A stretch of 64,000 bases of DNA from contig NC_058368.1 in assembly GCF_018350175.1 (NCBI RefSeq), positions 188,048,001 to 188,112,000 on the forward strand, in the 5' to 3' direction. The translations under genes were made by a program, and so were the position numbers. This document shows positions 62,315-64,000 of this stretch, piece by piece (the first letter of the stretch is position 1; each line of letters opens with the position of its first letter). The notes beneath the pieces are model-generated. The model was not told where the DNA came from. It was given only the letters and a program-made list of their open reading frames with translations, and did no database searches. Origin of the DNA: Felis catus. Lineage: Eukaryota.

Positions 62315-63185
62315 TTGTTTGGTATTTAAAATATAGTTTAATGAAAACACTTTCTCATCTTTAAGTATACTTTGGGTACAGTAACAATGATTTGGATCTT
62401 TTATTTTTTTTTTTTTAAGTTTTATTTATTTATTTGAGAAAGAGGGGGTGGGGGAGAGAGAGAGAGAGAGAGAGAGCATCCCAAGCAGGCTCCACTGTGT
62501 CAGTGCAGAGCCTGAAGTGGGGCTCAGTCTCACGAATCCTAAGATCGTGACCTGAGCCGGAATGAAGAGTTGTTCGCTTAACCGACTGAGCCACCCACGT
62601 GCCTCTGAGTTGGATCTTTTCATCGGAAACTGCCTTGGCATCAGGACCAAACTGCTTCCTGGAGCACAGGGTTTCCATGCCACCACACTGCTGAGTACCC
62701 GGTGCTCTTGAGGCACACATGACACGAGGCCTCCTCCGCTGGGAGTTCTGGGGGTGGCTTCAGGGGCTTGACTGTTATCAAATGTTCATCTGCTTTCAGT
62801 TTTACATTCACTGGAGGGATATTCTTGTGAACTCGAGGAGTATGTGCTTTTTCTAATGAAGGCACCTTCATCGTATCTGTCCCCCACTCTGGACGTCTCC
62901 TTGTACTTTTTATTCTGGTGGCAGCATGCAGTTTATGAAGGTGCTGTGGATCCGCACCATATTTTTATTGGTCTGCAGATGAAGGCTGAAACATTTTATC
63001 TGGAATTCTTGACCTGGAAAATGAGTAATGAATCCAGGATGTACAAATGAGAGACTCCACACCTTTGCTCACGGTTTGTAGTCTGCCTGCAGGCTTCGAA
63101 ACTACTGAGTGCGAAATCCCTGCCGTGAGGGTGGTGGTTATTCCCTTTAGAGGCCACGGTGGGGAAGCTGAGCAGAGGAAGGACC
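62315..63185 (-). pseudogene. MRPL30: Processed pseudogene (retrocopy) of mitochondrial ribosomal protein L30 (uL30m), with 5'UTR, whole CDS-derived region (63126..62641) and 3'UTR
   Basis: Minus-strand translation from 63126: [160 protein letters not shown]. This is colinear, without introns, with mammalian MRPL30 as I recall it ([48 protein letters not shown]). The start is mutated ATG>ACG (63126-63124) and there is an in-frame TAA at 62967-62965. An ATTAAA signal at 62342-62337 is followed by a degenerate A/G-rich tail. Confidence 0.95.
62403..62605 (-). mobile_element. Can-SINE inserted in the 3'UTR of the MRPL30 retrocopy
   Basis: Reverse SINE ending ttaaccgactgagccacccacgtgcctc; TSD TGAKTTGGATCTTTT at 62388-62402 and 62606-62620. 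Confidence 0.95.
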
Positions 63186-63489
63186 CTGCCTTATGAATAT
63201 TAACAATAATAAATCTTTTCTGAGAGTTGGCTATGTCATAATTTCCATTTTACAGATGAAAAAATGAGGCTCAGTGAAGTGACATCATAGGTCCCAACTG
63301 ATTCCTTTGGCAAACAGCAGACCTGGGAATTCACTCCCACATTGTCTTGAACTAGAGCTCATATACACATGCCCGCTCTATCTGCAAACTCAGATTTGCA
63401 AAGTAAAGTCGTCTCAGGTCACAGAACAGCTGATGGGCATCTTAGGAAAATAGCCTTGATCCTGACTTAATAATAAGAATCATAATCTG

Positions 63490-63700
63490 AACCTCAACTA
63501 TTTATCTAGGGTATGTGATGAGCCATCACTGGTCTTAGTAAATGCTCAAGTGCATGACCTCGTTTCTTTCTCACAATGGTCCTAAAGAAGTGGGTACTAT
63601 TATCATCCCCATTTCATAGGGGAAGAAACTGAGGTTCAGAAGTAAGAAGTGGCATGCTTGTGCCATGTTGCTAATAAATGGTACAGCTAGGGTTCAAAGC
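63490..63700 (-). mobile_element. MIR SINE
   Basis: gggtactattatcatccccatttcataggggaagaaactgaggttcaga. Confidence 0.8.
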
Positions 63701-64000
63701 TGTGTATTTTATTTCATTTTCATTATTCCACTCTCAATATCAATGACTTGGAAATTTCTTTATCAACTGGAGATTGAAGTTGGGGGCATTTTCATGAACC
63801 TAAAGGCAACATTCTTATTAGTAAGCATTTGTAGTTTTCTCCTTGGTAGAAACATATTCTGAGGAATGACTTGCTCTTTATATCCCATATCCATATGGCC
63901 CTAATAATCAGACCTTTTTGCTCACTCTAATACTCCTTCTTTCAAGGCTCAGACAACAGCATTGTGTCCTCAGATCGTGTGAGGGCTGGCTGATTCAGCA

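Noticed and set aside
10267..62605. tRNA-like A/B boxes
   Set aside because: All belong to Can-SINE heads; no cloverleaf tRNA gene was found.
1..64000. CRISPR array, operon, defence system or other novel multi-gene system
   Set aside because: The window is mammalian repeat-rich non-coding DNA with no regularly spaced repeat-spacer array, no gene-dense segment and no foreign-looking insert.

Overview
This is 64 kb of mammalian nuclear DNA, most likely from a cat-family (feliform) carnivore, because it carries about 17 Can-SINE copies, several of the SINEC_Fc type. It looks intergenic or deep-intronic, and I found no intact protein-coding gene. Most of the window is interspersed repeat: old MIR, L2, L3/CR1, MLT1, LTR16 and hAT-Charlie elements, younger carnivore SINEs and L1 3' ends (many with readable target-site duplications, TSDs), and microsatellites. 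The one recognisable gene-derived sequence is a full-length processed pseudogene of mitochondrial ribosomal protein MRPL30 on the minus strand (about 62315-63185). It keeps all 161 codons in register, has lost its ATG, carries one premature stop, and has a SINE in its 3'UTR. Other points of interest are nested and tandem SINEs, SINEs with 3' read-through tails, several unassigned exon-like segments, and a GC-rich enhancer-like region with a hairpin and G-quadruplex motif. I see no evidence of a novel multi-gene system. Repeat subfamily names and the MRPL30 comparison come from remembered consensus sequences, not a database search, and the boundaries of old repeats are approximate.
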